DNA of 21,192 bases from Octopus sinensis (Eukaryota). Below, piece after piece: positions 21,057-21,192 of the stretch. A model generated the notes under the pieces. It ran no database searches. It was not told the origin of the DNA and saw only the letters and a list, made by a program, of their open reading frames with translations. The translations under genes and the position numbers were made by a program. The DNA lies in NCBI RefSeq assembly GCF_006345805.1, contig NW_021823743.1, forward strand, positions 1-21,192, given 5' to 3'. The first letter of the stretch is position 1, and the number at the start of each line of letters is the position of its first letter.

Positions 21057-21192
21057 CCGGGACCAGAGTAAGACACAGAGATCAATTTGACCGGCGAAGC
21101 CCTTGAAAGCAGTGTCCAAATTATGACTGTGCTCCTATGCAGGGCTGGATCAAGACCCACAGAGACCCTAAACATTTAAAAGATTTTGGTGT

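Overview
AT-rich, microsatellite-saturated eukaryotic non-coding DNA. It is very probably an octopus (coleoid cephalopod) genome; this is inferred from the SINE families and the (TACA)/(GATA)/(AT) load, not proven. No host protein-coding gene can be supported, and nearly all ORFs in the track are microsatellite read-throughs. The window is a layered transposon graveyard. It holds one near-complete 1,645-bp Tc1 (DD34E) element with ~225-bp IR-DR termini whose transposase is cut short by a 1-nt frameshift. It also holds fossils of a Helitron (with its hairpin+CTAG end), RLE-type (R4/Dong-like) LINEs, an RTE LINE with a TSD, a hAT transposase, several Penelope-like elements with hammerhead-like motifs, and about 10 tRNA-derived SINE pieces. 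The most notable observations are three. (i) The R4-like LINE pieces all sit in (CATA)n arrays in the same relative orientation, suggesting microsatellite-targeted retrotransposition. (ii) A tail-out SINE-tail palindrome flanked by an 18-bp duplication is nested in a SINE, which is nested in a LINE. (iii) There is a Penelope fold-back. All family assignments come from manual translation and motif recognition; no database search was run.
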